Assembly: GCA_021163645.1 (NCBI GenBank) | Contig: JAGGTN010000029.1 | Span: 1-44,135 of the forward strand | From: Candidatus Micrarchaeota archaeon | GTDB taxonomy: Archaea > Micrarchaeota > Micrarchaeia > Anstonellales > JAGGTN01 | Direction of reading: 5' to 3' | Length of the DNA stretch: 44,135 nucleotides | Made by a program: the position numbers and the translations under genes | Shown here: in pieces, positions 1 through 9,555 of the stretch | How the letters are laid out: each line of letters opens with the position of its first letter | Numbering within the stretch: the stretch's first letter is position 1 | Notes under the pieces: generated by a model | Told to the model about the DNA's origin: nothing | The model's input: only the letters and a program-made list of their open reading frames with translations | The model's database searches: none

Positions 1-1
1 A

Positions 2-283
2 CGCCTCATTGGCCAGGTTAAGTATTGGTATAAAAACAGCATCGGTCTCCACAGCAAGAGCTTGGGCAGTTATGGTCTTTCCTGTTCCTTTAGCCCCTTC
101 CAATAGAAGGCCTTTTATCTGCAATTCGCCCATCCTCTCTCTTTGTATAAGGGCGTGCTTGATTTTGTTATATTCCCTCCGGATATTTTTTGGAAGATAC
201 ACTCTGTCTGGAGGGCACAGCTGGTTTCTCGGCACTGGTTCTACCTTAATGTTTCCGTCACGGCGCAAATTGTTCATTAACAT
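2..283 (-). CDS. AAA+ family ATPase, N-terminal part (runs off window start)
   Basis: Manual minus-strand translation from ATG at 283, after a GGTGAGG RBS: MLMNNLRRDG...KGLLLEGAKGTGKTITAQALAVETDAVFI. Walker A GxxGxGKT in typical AAA context. Not in the ORF track because it is truncated. Confidence 0.85.
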   Translation of the reverse strand, partial: MLMNNLRRDGNIKVEPVPRNQLCPPDRVYLPKNIRREYNKIKHALIQRERMGELQIKGLLLEGAKGTGKTITAQALAVETDAVFIPILNLANEA

Positions 284-391
284 CCTCACCACCTTATGTT
301 ATTGCATATATATTATTATGTGTATTAATATTTATAAATGTAGCTCATACTAACTATTCTTGTGAACAGGAAAAAGAAATAAGGCGAAGTT

Positions 392-463
392 GAGAACACG
401 GTGGCGACCCTGCATCGATAGATTTTTGCCATCGCACAGGGTTGACCTATGTGTCCTGTTCTC
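392..463. other. GC-rich imperfect long hairpin, candidate structured RNA or element relic
   Basis: GAGAACA/TGTTCTC, CGACCCTG/CAGGGTTG and CGAT/ATCG stems inside a GC-rich island (about 383-510) in AT-rich intergenic DNA. Confidence 0.35.
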
Positions 464-543
464 CATATCGTGTACCGATTGCACGGTTGGCGGCAGCACA
501 AGCGGCATTGAAAAATAGAGATAAGGATTAAAAAGTATATTTT

Positions 544-610
544 AGCATTTTACTGTTATATTCATCTGATTTTTTTATTATTGGGTTTTGGTTGATGATT
601 GATTTGATTA
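544..610 (-). repeat. Dispersed ~60-bp intergenic repeat, family A, copy 1
   Basis: Reverse complement reads TAATCAAATCAATCATCAACCAAAACCCAAT...AAAAAATCAGATGAATATAACAGTAAAATGCT, matching the copies at 9490 and 14098. Confidence 0.9.
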
Positions 611-799
611 ATTTAATTATTTGATTTGTTTAATTTGTCAAAAATTAACTAGGTTATTAAGTTAAGGGTCAAAATAATTAACAATTTTCAGATGATATTA
701 CTAAAATTTTATGATATCATCGAAATATATAAACACTTATAGATTTAGCACAATATTTATAAATATATAATCATTAGAATTAACATGGGAGGGATTAAA

Positions 800-1783
800 A
801 TGACTACTAATCGTAACAGTATCAAGATGATTGGGTTATCTGTTATTATAATAAGCGTATTATTTTTATCAGCTTGTATCTTTCATACTGGAAAACAGAA
901 AGACCAAAATGAAACCTTAAATAATATAATAAACAATTCTGAGCAGGGAAGAGAAAATATTAGTGTAAAGATTAATGCATCCAAATCAAAGATAACGAAT
1001 ACAACAATAGAAAAACAAAATAATACTGAACAGAATGTTACTACTGAAAAAGAACCATGTAAAGGATTATTCGGTGATGATTATGATTCGTGCATGGCAA
1101 TACAGAATAATGATATTAATTATTGTAGCAAAGATAATTGTTACCAAAAATATGCACTAGCTAAAAATGATCTTGATGCTTGTGAATACATGAGCACCGA
1201 CGCTATGAAATGCTATTGCAAATCATTAATATCGCCTGATAAATGTGTCACATGCCCATCTAAAAGTTCTAAAGAGTTATGTTATACTTTGCTAACGGAG
1301 AACACTGAAAATGACTACTGTCAATATATAGAAACACCGAGATATCAAAGAGATTGTTTCACGTATATGGCAGTGCAAGAGCATAATAAAAATCTCTGCA
1401 AACAGATAGATGATTCTTACATGAGAGATGAATGCTATAGAGAATATGCTAAGGAAACAGGTGATGTAAGTGCATGTAAAGAACAATTTGTTGAATCATG
1501 GATAGATGCATGTTATCGGGATGCTGCGTACGCAAATAATAAACCACAATTGTGTAATGATATAAGCAATTTCAGAAACCAAAGGGTATGTTATTCGGTT
1601 ATATTCGAATCTGATGATTATCTTTTGGATGACTGTTACGAAATAACCTATCCAGAATGGAAGAATAGATGTATTAAATTCCTTGCTATAAACGAAAGGA
1701 ATAAATCAATTTGTGATTTTATTGAAGACTATGATGACAAACAAAGATGCATGGTAAGAGTAGAAGAATTTAACAACGATTAA
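800..1783 (+). CDS. Secreted or membrane-anchored cysteine-rich repeat protein
   Basis: Hydrophobic N-terminus ending LSAC, an N/T-rich linker, then ~26-aa repeats of the form C..I.....R..CY...A. ATG at 800 follows GGAGG (track start 785). Confidence 0.8.
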   Translation: MTTNRNSIKMIGLSVIIISVLFLSACIFHTGKQKDQNETLNNIINNSEQGRENISVKINASKSKITNTTIEKQNNTEQNVTTEKEPCKGLFGDDYDSCMAIQNNDINYCSKDNCYQKYALAKNDLDACEYMSTDAMKCYCKSLISPDKCVTCPSKSSKELCYTLLTENTENDYCQYIETPRYQRDCFTYMAVQEHNKNLCKQIDDSYMRDECYREYAKETGDVSACKEQFVESWIDACYRDAAYANNKPQLCNDISNFRNQRVCYSVIFESDDYLLDDCYEITYPEWKNRCIKFLAINERNKSICDFIEDYDDKQRCMVRVEEFNND

Positions 1784-1793
1784 GAATAACCGT

Positions 1794-2957
1794 ATGATAG
1801 GTGAGAATATGAAAAAGATACCTGAAGAGGTTAAGAGAAAACTTAACGAAATGCAAAAACTTATTAGGTCAGGAAAGTTCAGCCAAGTTGAAAAAGAGAT
1901 TAATGAGATATTAAAAGAAAACAAATACCCAGATGTTTATAATGCTCTTGGGTTCGTTATGATGCAAAAAGGAAATATTAAGGAAGCGATCAAACAGTAT
2001 AAAAAAGGTCTTAAATTGAATGATAAATTGGGTTATATTTATTCCAACCTTTCATTTGCTTATTTTAAACTTAAAGAGTATGATAAAGCAAAAAGCGCGC
2101 TTGAAGAAGCGATAAAAAATGAAAGGAAGTTTGAATATTATGATCAGTTATCACGGGTTAATATTTTCCTGAATGATTTTGACAAGGCACTCGAAAATAT
2201 TGAAGAAGCAATCAAGCTCAATCCATCTGCAAAATTACTTTATGACCATAAAAAAGATATTTTTGAGCTTATCATCAAAAAAAATGAAACAGATAGATTC
2301 CATGAAAGATTATTTGATAAAGCGAGGGTTGAATTGAAAGACAAAGAATATTCAAATGCATTGGAATTGATAACAAAAGCAATAAATTTAATTAAAGATA
2401 AAAGAACAGGTAAGAAAAAGGTAGAGGAAGATCTAGAAAAATATTATAGGCTCAAAGGCGAATTAGAACTTCAATTAGAGGATATCAAAAAAGCAATAAA
2501 AGACCTTAACAAATCTCTTACATATAATAAGGAACCTGAAAACAAAAGTAAAACATTCAGATTATTATCCAAATGCTACATGATGAAAGGCGGAAGGAAG
2601 AACCATGAAAGAGCATTGGGATATATCAATGATGCTATAAGAGCAAGCGAAAAACCTCAATACCTATATGAGAGAGCTTCAATACTGATGCGATTAAACA
2701 AGATTAAGCCCGCGTATAAAGATATTCTTAAAGCAATAAAAATAGATCCTAACAATCCATACTTTCATATGAGGCTTGGGGATATTTATTCGCATATGGA
2801 TGACTTTGATAAGGCGATCAAAGAATATGATAAAGCAATCAATCTGGATCCATTACGTATAGATGCATATGAACGTAAAGAAGACATCCTATTAGCAAAA
2901 TCATTAAAATCAGGCATAAAAGAAGTGGAAAAAGGAGAAAAGGGTATGTATGCATAA
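1794..2957 (+). CDS. Tetratricopeptide repeat (TPR) protein
   Basis: Multiple TPR consensus units (YNALG...EAIKQYKKGL; AIKIDPNNPYFHMRLGDIY...KAIKEYDKAINLDP). Start may be ATG 1809 after GGTGA. Confidence 0.9.
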   Translation: MIGENMKKIPEEVKRKLNEMQKLIRSGKFSQVEKEINEILKENKYPDVYNALGFVMMQKGNIKEAIKQYKKGLKLNDKLGYIYSNLSFAYFKLKEYDKAKSALEEAIKNERKFEYYDQLSRVNIFLNDFDKALENIEEAIKLNPSAKLLYDHKKDIFELIIKKNETDRFHERLFDKARVELKDKEYSNALELITKAINLIKDKRTGKKKVEEDLEKYYRLKGELELQLEDIKKAIKDLNKSLTYNKEPENKSKTFRLLSKCYMMKGGRKNHERALGYINDAIRASEKPQYLYERASILMRLNKIKPAYKDILKAIKIDPNNPYFHMRLGDIYSHMDDFDKAIKEYDKAINLDPLRIDAYERKEDILLAKSLKSGIKEVEKGEKGMYA

Positions 2958-2974
2958 TGATTTATAATAATGAT

Positions 2975-4762
2975 TTATATCTTAGTGTTAAACATCATAC
3001 TTACTATAAGCACGAATTCTAACACAATGATTACTATGAGAATGGTAATATAAATTTTCATTTTATTTATTTCTTCCCTGCATGATCCAGAACTTGAGTT
3101 ATGATATTTAGGGTTAACATTTACAGTTTTATTTCCTCCATTTCCTTTCTCCATTAACTCATGCTCAGCGTCATCAAAATATTCTTCCATCTTATCAGCA
3201 ATACATTTTATTCTATATGAAGATTCGTAATCTTTGGTTTTATATAAATAAACAGCTTGAGAATGATAAATATTCGGCCATGTATGATTATATCTAACAT
3301 CTTCTATTCCATTCAACATTGCTTTAACTTGAATCGGGGATTTATCAAATGTATCTACATAACTTTTCTGAACACCATAAGCAAATGCATAATCATACAA
3401 AGCAACTAGATAATGTTTATTCTTTGCCGCTTCATCAGCCATTGTAATATAATTGACAGTATCAGTAGAAGCTTCTGGAAATCTAAGAATATACTGCTTT
3501 GTTTCCTGTGATTTTACAGAGACAAGATCGGATAATTTACTTTCATCTATCAATTGCCCTTTTCCTTTGAATGAGATTAATTTTGATACATAACACCATT
3601 CTTCAGCGTTTAATATATTATACAAAGGATCGAACTTTGCTTCTTCAACATTATTTTCATAAAGATTAACATCAATATCCTTAATCTTATTCTTTGCCCA
3701 ATCTATCCTTACCTCAGAACCAGTTATCCATTCCCAATTATCTGTTCTTTTCTCATATAGTTCAAAATTATTAAGACATTCTTTCGCTTCACTAATTTTC
3801 TGTGATAGATTTATCGGTCCAGCATCAATAGTTTCAATAAATTTCAGGTCAAGTAATCGATTAAATATATTATTAGCAGCAGTATATGAATAACCTCTGT
3901 TTATGAGCTTTTTCTGATTATCAACATCATCTAACATATCCTTGACGATCTCTTTCTCATGTGAATCATCACTCAACTGATTATAATAGTTCTCTGCTTC
4001 TGAATTAAACATATCAACTATTTCATATGACATATTATCAAAGCGAGGAATATGATATTCATAATCATCAACTATCTCAGTAGGTTCAATAATAGATTCT
4101 ATTTTTGAATACTTTGAAAGTGATTCATTACTAAGATTTGATGTTGCAATATAAAACGCATCACTCAATGTATCAACATTTATTATCTTAATATCATACT
4201 TATCCATAAGATTATTAGCGATGATATAATCCTTTGTACCAGATAATTTTGTTAATAATACCTTTTTTCCATTTCGAGATGAAGCCATTACCTTCTCTAT
4301 CAATCCACCTATCTTGCCCACTTTTCCTGACTGGCTTAATGTTCCTGTAACTATCACATTATCATTCAGTTTTTTACCAGAAAATAACGATGCAAATTCA
4401 AGACCCATAGCCAATCCCGCACTTGGACCGTCAATATATCTGCTTCCAGATGCTCCGATTATCCCGATACGATAATCACATTCAGAATAGTCAAATCCAG
4501 TAAAACTCGCTGCTGCGTCCAAACTATTTTCTATAGAATTCTGTGTACTGATCCCAACTGGAGGGGGTATCTGAATATATATATCCCCTTTACCAGGTTC
4601 TATATCGAATTCTAATGTTACAAGACCCCCATTTGATTCGCTCACAACAGCTGGAACTTCAATTTCGCCATGAGTGGGCTGGCATGATGAATAAATGATT
4701 CCTGAAAAGAATACACTAATGATTAGGATAACAAAATAAAATTTAAAGAATCTATTTTTCAT
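2975..4762 (-). CDS. Archaeal Lon-like S16 serine protease, secreted and C-terminally anchored, no ATPase domain
   Basis: IDGPSAG catalytic Ser motif, TGT..SG.V..IGGLIEK (Lys of the dyad), N-terminal signal peptide and C-terminal TM helix. Confidence 0.85.
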   Translation of the reverse strand: MKNRFFKFYFVILIISVFFSGIIYSSCQPTHGEIEVPAVVSESNGGLVTLEFDIEPGKGDIYIQIPPPVGISTQNSIENSLDAAASFTGFDYSECDYRIGIIGASGSRYIDGPSAGLAMGLEFASLFSGKKLNDNVIVTGTLSQSGKVGKIGGLIEKVMASSRNGKKVLLTKLSGTKDYIIANNLMDKYDIKIINVDTLSDAFYIATSNLSNESLSKYSKIESIIEPTEIVDDYEYHIPRFDNMSYEIVDMFNSEAENYYNQLSDDSHEKEIVKDMLDDVDNQKKLINRGYSYTAANNIFNRLLDLKFIETIDAGPINLSQKISEAKECLNNFELYEKRTDNWEWITGSEVRIDWAKNKIKDIDVNLYENNVEEAKFDPLYNILNAEEWCYVSKLISFKGKGQLIDESKLSDLVSVKSQETKQYILRFPEASTDTVNYITMADEAAKNKHYLVALYDYAFAYGVQKSYVDTFDKSPIQVKAMLNGIEDVRYNHTWPNIYHSQAVYLYKTKDYESSYRIKCIADKMEEYFDDAEHELMEKGNGGNKTVNVNPKYHNSSSGSCREEINKMKIYITILIVIIVLEFVLIVSMMFNTKI

Positions 4763-4847
4763 ACAAAACCCTCATTTAGCTATATTTTTATATAATATTT
4801 ATTATCTAACGTCAATTATTATGTAAATAACATTTGATTCATTTAAA

Positions 4848-5052
4848 TGCGCCCGCCGGGATTTTCATGCTCTTTCTTTCATCTCTTCTCATCTTTCTAA
4901 TAAGTTTTAAAAGAAAAAAGCCATCGAACCCGGCTCCTAAGCTTTTTCCGACCTTTATTCCCATAAACCCTTTTTTTCCGCGCAGGCTTTTTCTTTTCCA
5001 GAAAGAAAAAGGGTGCTGGGAAGCTTATATCCTACCGATAGACTACGGGCGC
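4848..5052 (-). tRNA. tRNA-Gly(CCC) with two introns (37/38: 4944-5016, 73 nt; T-loop 59/60 or 58/59: about 4862-4922, 61 nt)
   Basis: Exons join to GCGCCCG-TA-GTCTATCGGTAGGAT-A-TAAGC-TTCCCA^A-GCTTA-GGAG-CCGGG-TTCGAT^T-CCCGG-CGGGCGC-A with complete acceptor, anticodon and T stems. BHB-like central helices TTCC/GGAA and TTCG/TGAA. Confidence 0.92.
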
Positions 5053-5117
5053 ATATTGATTTATCATACATAGTATTTAAAAAACCGTTAGATATTAAGA
5101 TATATTTAAAATAATTT

Positions 5118-5160
5118 CCTGGAAGAAATCCTCAGGTTTCAACTGCGGATGAATTCCAGG
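5118..5160. other. Imperfect hairpin resembling an IS200/IS605 subterminal palindrome
   Basis: CCTGGAA-gaa-ATCC-t-CAG-gtttcaa-CTG-c-GGAT-gaa-TTCCAGG. The hairpin is seen directly; the IS resemblance is from memory. Confidence 0.35.
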
Positions 5161-5304
5161 CAATAATTTTGTTCACTGGAAATTTATTACCAATTATATG
5201 CGTACCTCAAAATATTTACTTATTATCTCTAAAATTCATTTCCATGGGAAATGCACTCTGTCTGCCTTTATTTATAAACATTCTTATCAAAATTTCGTCA
5301 TGCA

Positions 5305-5483
5305 TGAAAATCACATTCAAATTCAAGATAAAGGAAAGAATTAAAACAACCATTGCAGATAAGCTTCCTTTGTTCTTAAACAAACTTCCTTTGGTTACTG
5401 TTGGATTTGGCGATGATACCGAAAGGTATATGAATAATCTTCATGCTATGTGCGATAAAATCGATTTTAATAAATCAGTATGA
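5305..5483 (+). CDS. Small hypothetical protein or gene fragment (~59 aa)
   Basis: C-terminal part of track ORF 5169..5483 (MKITFKFKIK...), downstream of a TTTATAAA box. No recognisable family; start approximate. Confidence 0.3.
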
Positions 5484-5605
5484 ACTCTTATTAACCAAGT
5501 AAATACAAGCTATAAAAGCGAGGAGACAATAGAGAGTATTTAAAAAGATAATACTTGATTAAATTATGATACTTTGATTCAAATACAATATTTATAGGTG
5601 ATACT

Positions 5606-8512
5606 ATGATTGATTGGCAGGATATTGAATTGAAATGGCAGAGTGAATGGTCCAATAAAAAAGTTGCAGAATCAGATGTGAATCCAAATGAAAAAAAATT
5701 CTACATGGTATTCGCATACCCTTACCCAACAGGATTTTTACACACGGGGCATATGCGAGGTTATACATACGCTGACGATATATGTAGGTTCAAACGCCTA
5801 ACAGGTTATAATGTACTCTTACCAGTAGGAATACACGCAACTGGAAATGGAGCAATATCCAAATCGCAGAAGATTACAGAAAAGGATGAACAATATATTA
5901 GTTACTTAAGAGAGAACGGTGTTCCAGAACAGGATATAGATAAAATGAAAGATCCTGAACAATATATCAAATACTTTGGCCATCTCTATCTAAATGATTT
6001 TAAACGGTTTGGCCTATTGGTTGATGAAAGAACATTTATCACGACTATAGATGACATATACAAGAAATTCATCACATGGCAATTCAACAAACTCAATGAT
6101 AAAGGTCTGTTAATACAAAAAGAATATTATGCAACATTCTGCGAACATTGCGGTCCTGTATCGGTTGATGCATCAGAAAGCGATATATCAAAAGGTGGCG
6201 GGGCAGAAAAGAATGAATACACATTACTCAAATTCGAAACAAGATACAATGATCAAAAAGCATATATCATTGCTGCAACACTACGTCCTGAAACCGTGTT
6301 TGGCCAGACCAATCTATGGATTGATCCAGATATCGATTATGCTGTGATAAAAGTTGGCGGCGAAATATGGATTGGCAGTAAAGAATTCGCTCATAAATTG
6401 AAATACCAGAAAGATAACGTTAATGTGATAGGTACTATCAACGGAAAGGATATACTGGGCAAACATGTGAAAGCACCAGGCATAGATAGAGAAATAATTG
6501 TACTACCTTCGAAATTCTGTGAACCTGATGTAGGTTCAGGGATAGTTACTTCCGTTCCATCAGATGCACCGCATGATTGGATGGGATTATACGATTTACA
6601 GAACAACGAAACAGAATGTAAAAAATATGAAAAATACGGATTGAATTGTGATGAGATTAAAGCGATCAAACCAATTCCAATAATAAACACGCCGGGATGG
6701 GGTGAGATGCCAGCAGTTGAAATATGCAAAAAGATGCACATAAAGAATTCAATGGATCCCAAACTCGAATCTGCGAAAAAAGAGATCTATAAATCAGGAT
6801 TCTATACAGGAACGATGCGTGATGTTGCTGGCAAGTATGCAGGATTATCTGTTGAAAAAGCAAAAGAACAAGTTAAGAAAGAGCTCATAGAAAAAGGCCA
6901 GGCAGATATATTCTATGACCTATCAGAAGAGGTCATCTGTCGATGCGGTAGGAAGGTATTCATTAAAAAAGTAGATCATCAATGGTTCATTGATTATGGT
7001 AAGGAATGGCTCAACAATGATTCAATCTCATGGGCTAAGAATATGAATGTTAAACCAGATGATTATTATGAGAACCTACCAGAAGCACTCAGATGGTTTA
7101 AGGAAAGGCCATGCGCGCGTATGGGGAGATGGATGGGCACGACGTTCCCGTTCGATAAAAGATACATCATCGAAGCCATCTCAGATTCTACGCTCTATCC
7201 CATATTCTACTTAGTTAGTAAACATAAAGATAAATTCAACGCTGATCAATTGACATTAAAATTCTTTGATTATATATTCCTGGGAAAAGGCTCTGCTGAC
7301 GATGTAGCACAGGAAAATAATATGAAAAAAGAGGATATAGAAATAATCCGTAGAGAAATCCTTTACTGGTATCCACTCGATATCAATCTCGGCGGTAAAG
7401 AACATAAAACAGTTCATTTCCCACCTTTTATCAAGAATCACGTTGCGGTATTACCAAGGGAATTATGGCCGCGTGGAATCTTTGTCAACTATTGGATAAC
7501 AACACATGGAAAAGAAAAATTATCTAAAAGCAAAGGCGGAGCACAACCAATTCATGGTGCAATTAAAAAATTTGGTGTTGACCCTATGCGATTATTCTAT
7601 GCAAATTCCGCAAAACCATATGTTGACGTAGAGTTTAGCGAAGATCTTGTATTTGAATATAGAAACAGACTGGAATACATGTACAACGAGATAAAGAGAT
7701 TATGGGAATTATCAAATCGTTTATCTGATAAATTATCTGATGATTCGTCGGGTCCGCAAGGAAAAAATGGTAAAAATACAAGTATAGATAATTGGCTTAA
7801 CACGAGGATTAAGTGGTATCTATATCAATCTGAAAGGGACATCGATACATTCGAACTAAAACACGCGTCAGATATTGCGTATTATCACATGTTATCAGAT
7901 ATTCAATGGTATCTGAAAAGAAAAGGAAATAATAAACATGTTTTAAGAAATGCAATCGAGGTCATGGTAAAATTAATGTCTGTATTCACACCGCATATTG
8001 CTGAAGAGATCTGGCATGAAGTGCTAGGCAAGGATGAGCTCATCGCCAATTCTAAACTACCAGAAATCGAAAAGATAAACATGCAAGGTAAGGATTCAGA
8101 ATGGTATATCAAAAACATCATTGATGATATATCCAATATATTAAAAGTAATTAAGAAGAATAAACCGAATAAAATCACATTAGTAATTGCAGATGACTGG
8201 AAGTATAAGATGATTAAGAAAGCGATGAGTATTGAGAATAGAAAAGAGATAATGAATACATTGATGAATGATCCAGAATTTATAGATAAGAGAAAGGATA
8301 TCGCCATGCTGATTAAAAGGCTCATAAGGATGCTCCCAGAATATAAAGAAACACCCGGCCTTGACGAGATGAAAATCCTTAATGACGCTGTTGATTATCT
8401 CACAGATAAGTTTGGATGTCAGATAAAGATTATTAATGAATCAGACGCTGATATTTATGGACAGAAAGCAAAGAATGCATTACCACTTAAACCAGCTATC
8501 ATGATAGAATAA
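5606..8512 (+). CDS. leuS: Leucine--tRNA ligase, archaeal type
   Basis: AYPYPTGFLHTGH (HIGH), ATLRPET editing domain, SVPSDAP, KLSKSKG (KMSKS), C-terminal ALPLKPAI; GGTGA RBS. Confidence 0.97.
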   Translation: MIDWQDIELKWQSEWSNKKVAESDVNPNEKKFYMVFAYPYPTGFLHTGHMRGYTYADDICRFKRLTGYNVLLPVGIHATGNGAISKSQKITEKDEQYISYLRENGVPEQDIDKMKDPEQYIKYFGHLYLNDFKRFGLLVDERTFITTIDDIYKKFITWQFNKLNDKGLLIQKEYYATFCEHCGPVSVDASESDISKGGGAEKNEYTLLKFETRYNDQKAYIIAATLRPETVFGQTNLWIDPDIDYAVIKVGGEIWIGSKEFAHKLKYQKDNVNVIGTINGKDILGKHVKAPGIDREIIVLPSKFCEPDVGSGIVTSVPSDAPHDWMGLYDLQNNETECKKYEKYGLNCDEIKAIKPIPIINTPGWGEMPAVEICKKMHIKNSMDPKLESAKKEIYKSGFYTGTMRDVAGKYAGLSVEKAKEQVKKELIEKGQADIFYDLSEEVICRCGRKVFIKKVDHQWFIDYGKEWLNNDSISWAKNMNVKPDDYYENLPEALRWFKERPCARMGRWMGTTFPFDKRYIIEAISDSTLYPIFYLVSKHKDKFNADQLTLKFFDYIFLGKGSADDVAQENNMKKEDIEIIRREILYWYPLDINLGGKEHKTVHFPPFIKNHVAVLPRELWPRGIFVNYWITTHGKEKLSKSKGGAQPIHGAIKKFGVDPMRLFYANSAKPYVDVEFSEDLVFEYRNRLEYMYNEIKRLWELSNRLSDKLSDDSSGPQGKNGKNTSIDNWLNTRIKWYLYQSERDIDTFELKHASDIAYYHMLSDIQWYLKRKGNNKHVLRNAIEVMVKLMSVFTPHIAEEIWHEVLGKDELIANSKLPEIEKINMQGKDSEWYIKNIIDDISNILKVIKKNKPNKITLVIADDWKYKMIKKAMSIENRKEIMNTLMNDPEFIDKRKDIAMLIKRLIRMLPEYKETPGLDEMKILNDAVDYLTDKFGCQIKIINESDADIYGQKAKNALPLKPAIMIE

Positions 8513-8542
8513 AGACTATACAATCATTCTGGAGGTTATGTC

Positions 8543-9382
8543 TTATTCTGGTGGATTAAGCTCATTTACAACATAGATTAATAAATCCTCAAAGTCATAA
8601 TAAAATCTAAACGCTAATTCCTTTACGTGTTCATAACTATCAACATACAATCTGTATTTTTTAGGAGGTGGATTCCACGAACTATCCATTAACTCTGCAG
8701 AAACCTGTGATATCCCCTCTCCATAAAATAAGAGTTTTGTCGCGTAATCTTGGTTCTCGATTTTAATATAAGGGTCATAAGAATTATAAGTATTCAATAA
8801 TTCTCGGTACGAACTCATAAGTTTCTTATGTCTCATCAAAAAGCGTTTTCCATACCGTTTCAATAGAGATATGAACAATAATTTGTGAGCATATTCATGA
8901 GCCATCGTTTCAATCCATATCGTATTTTTTATCTCGTTTTCACTCATCCCAAGCTCATCTTTTAAATCAAATATGAAACTAACAGCTTTGATTTCTGGTA
9001 TGTATTTGTCGTTGTCGATGGATTTATCATATGTGAGCTTGTTATTAATAAATTTTAGATGATATTCTTGAGAATGTAAATAGATTACATTGAACATAGA
9101 ACCTTTATTTCTACCTACAATCTGTATGTTATAAACAGGCACTTTAATATTATGTATGACTTTGATTTGTTTGATATCAGAAACTATATCAACATGATAG
9201 ATTCTTTCTACAGATTGCTTAACCTTAGTGAAAACCCTGAACAGATTCTCCTTTTCATCAACAGTGCCCCTCCCAGTAATCAACACCTTATTATTGCTAC
9301 CATCCTTGAACATGGCTATCGTATGTCTATCAGGCGTTATTTTAACTCCCTTTCCTTTAACTACTGTATCAATCATGACCAT
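8543..9382 (-). CDS. Hypothetical protein with HExxH zincin-like metallopeptidase motif
   Basis: ETMAHEYAH plus a downstream EG motif (YGEGIS) that could supply the third Zn ligand. Confidence 0.6.
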   Translation of the reverse strand: MVMIDTVVKGKGVKITPDRHTIAMFKDGSNNKVLITGRGTVDEKENLFRVFTKVKQSVERIYHVDIVSDIKQIKVIHNIKVPVYNIQIVGRNKGSMFNVIYLHSQEYHLKFINNKLTYDKSIDNDKYIPEIKAVSFIFDLKDELGMSENEIKNTIWIETMAHEYAHKLLFISLLKRYGKRFLMRHKKLMSSYRELLNTYNSYDPYIKIENQDYATKLLFYGEGISQVSAELMDSSWNPPPKKYRLYVDSYEHVKELAFRFYYDFEDLLIYVVNELNPPE

Positions 9383-9489
9383 AATATAATTTGGTTAATT
9401 TCATTTTTAAATGTTTTTTACACGTTTTATATATAGGAGTTTACACGTCTTAACCAAATAATCAATATCAACATATTAATTTAAGCAAA

Positions 9490-9548
9490 TAATCAAATCA
9501 ATCATCAACCAAAAACCAATAAAAAATCAGATGAACATGATAGTAAAA
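9490..9548 (+). repeat. Dispersed repeat family A, copy 2
   Basis: 56 of 59 positions identical to 14098-14156. Confidence 0.92.
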
Positions 9549-9555
9549 ATAGAAA

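Noticed and set aside
9..353. 114-aa ORF on +
   Set aside because: Antisense to the AAA ATPase fragment, which has a clear Walker A motif and RBS.
4834..5073. 79-aa ORF on +
   Set aside because: It is the antisense of the intron-containing tRNA-Gly.
9383..9555. Replication origin beside the oap-like genes
   Set aside because: No ORB-like repeats with G-strings and no orc1/cdc6 in the window.
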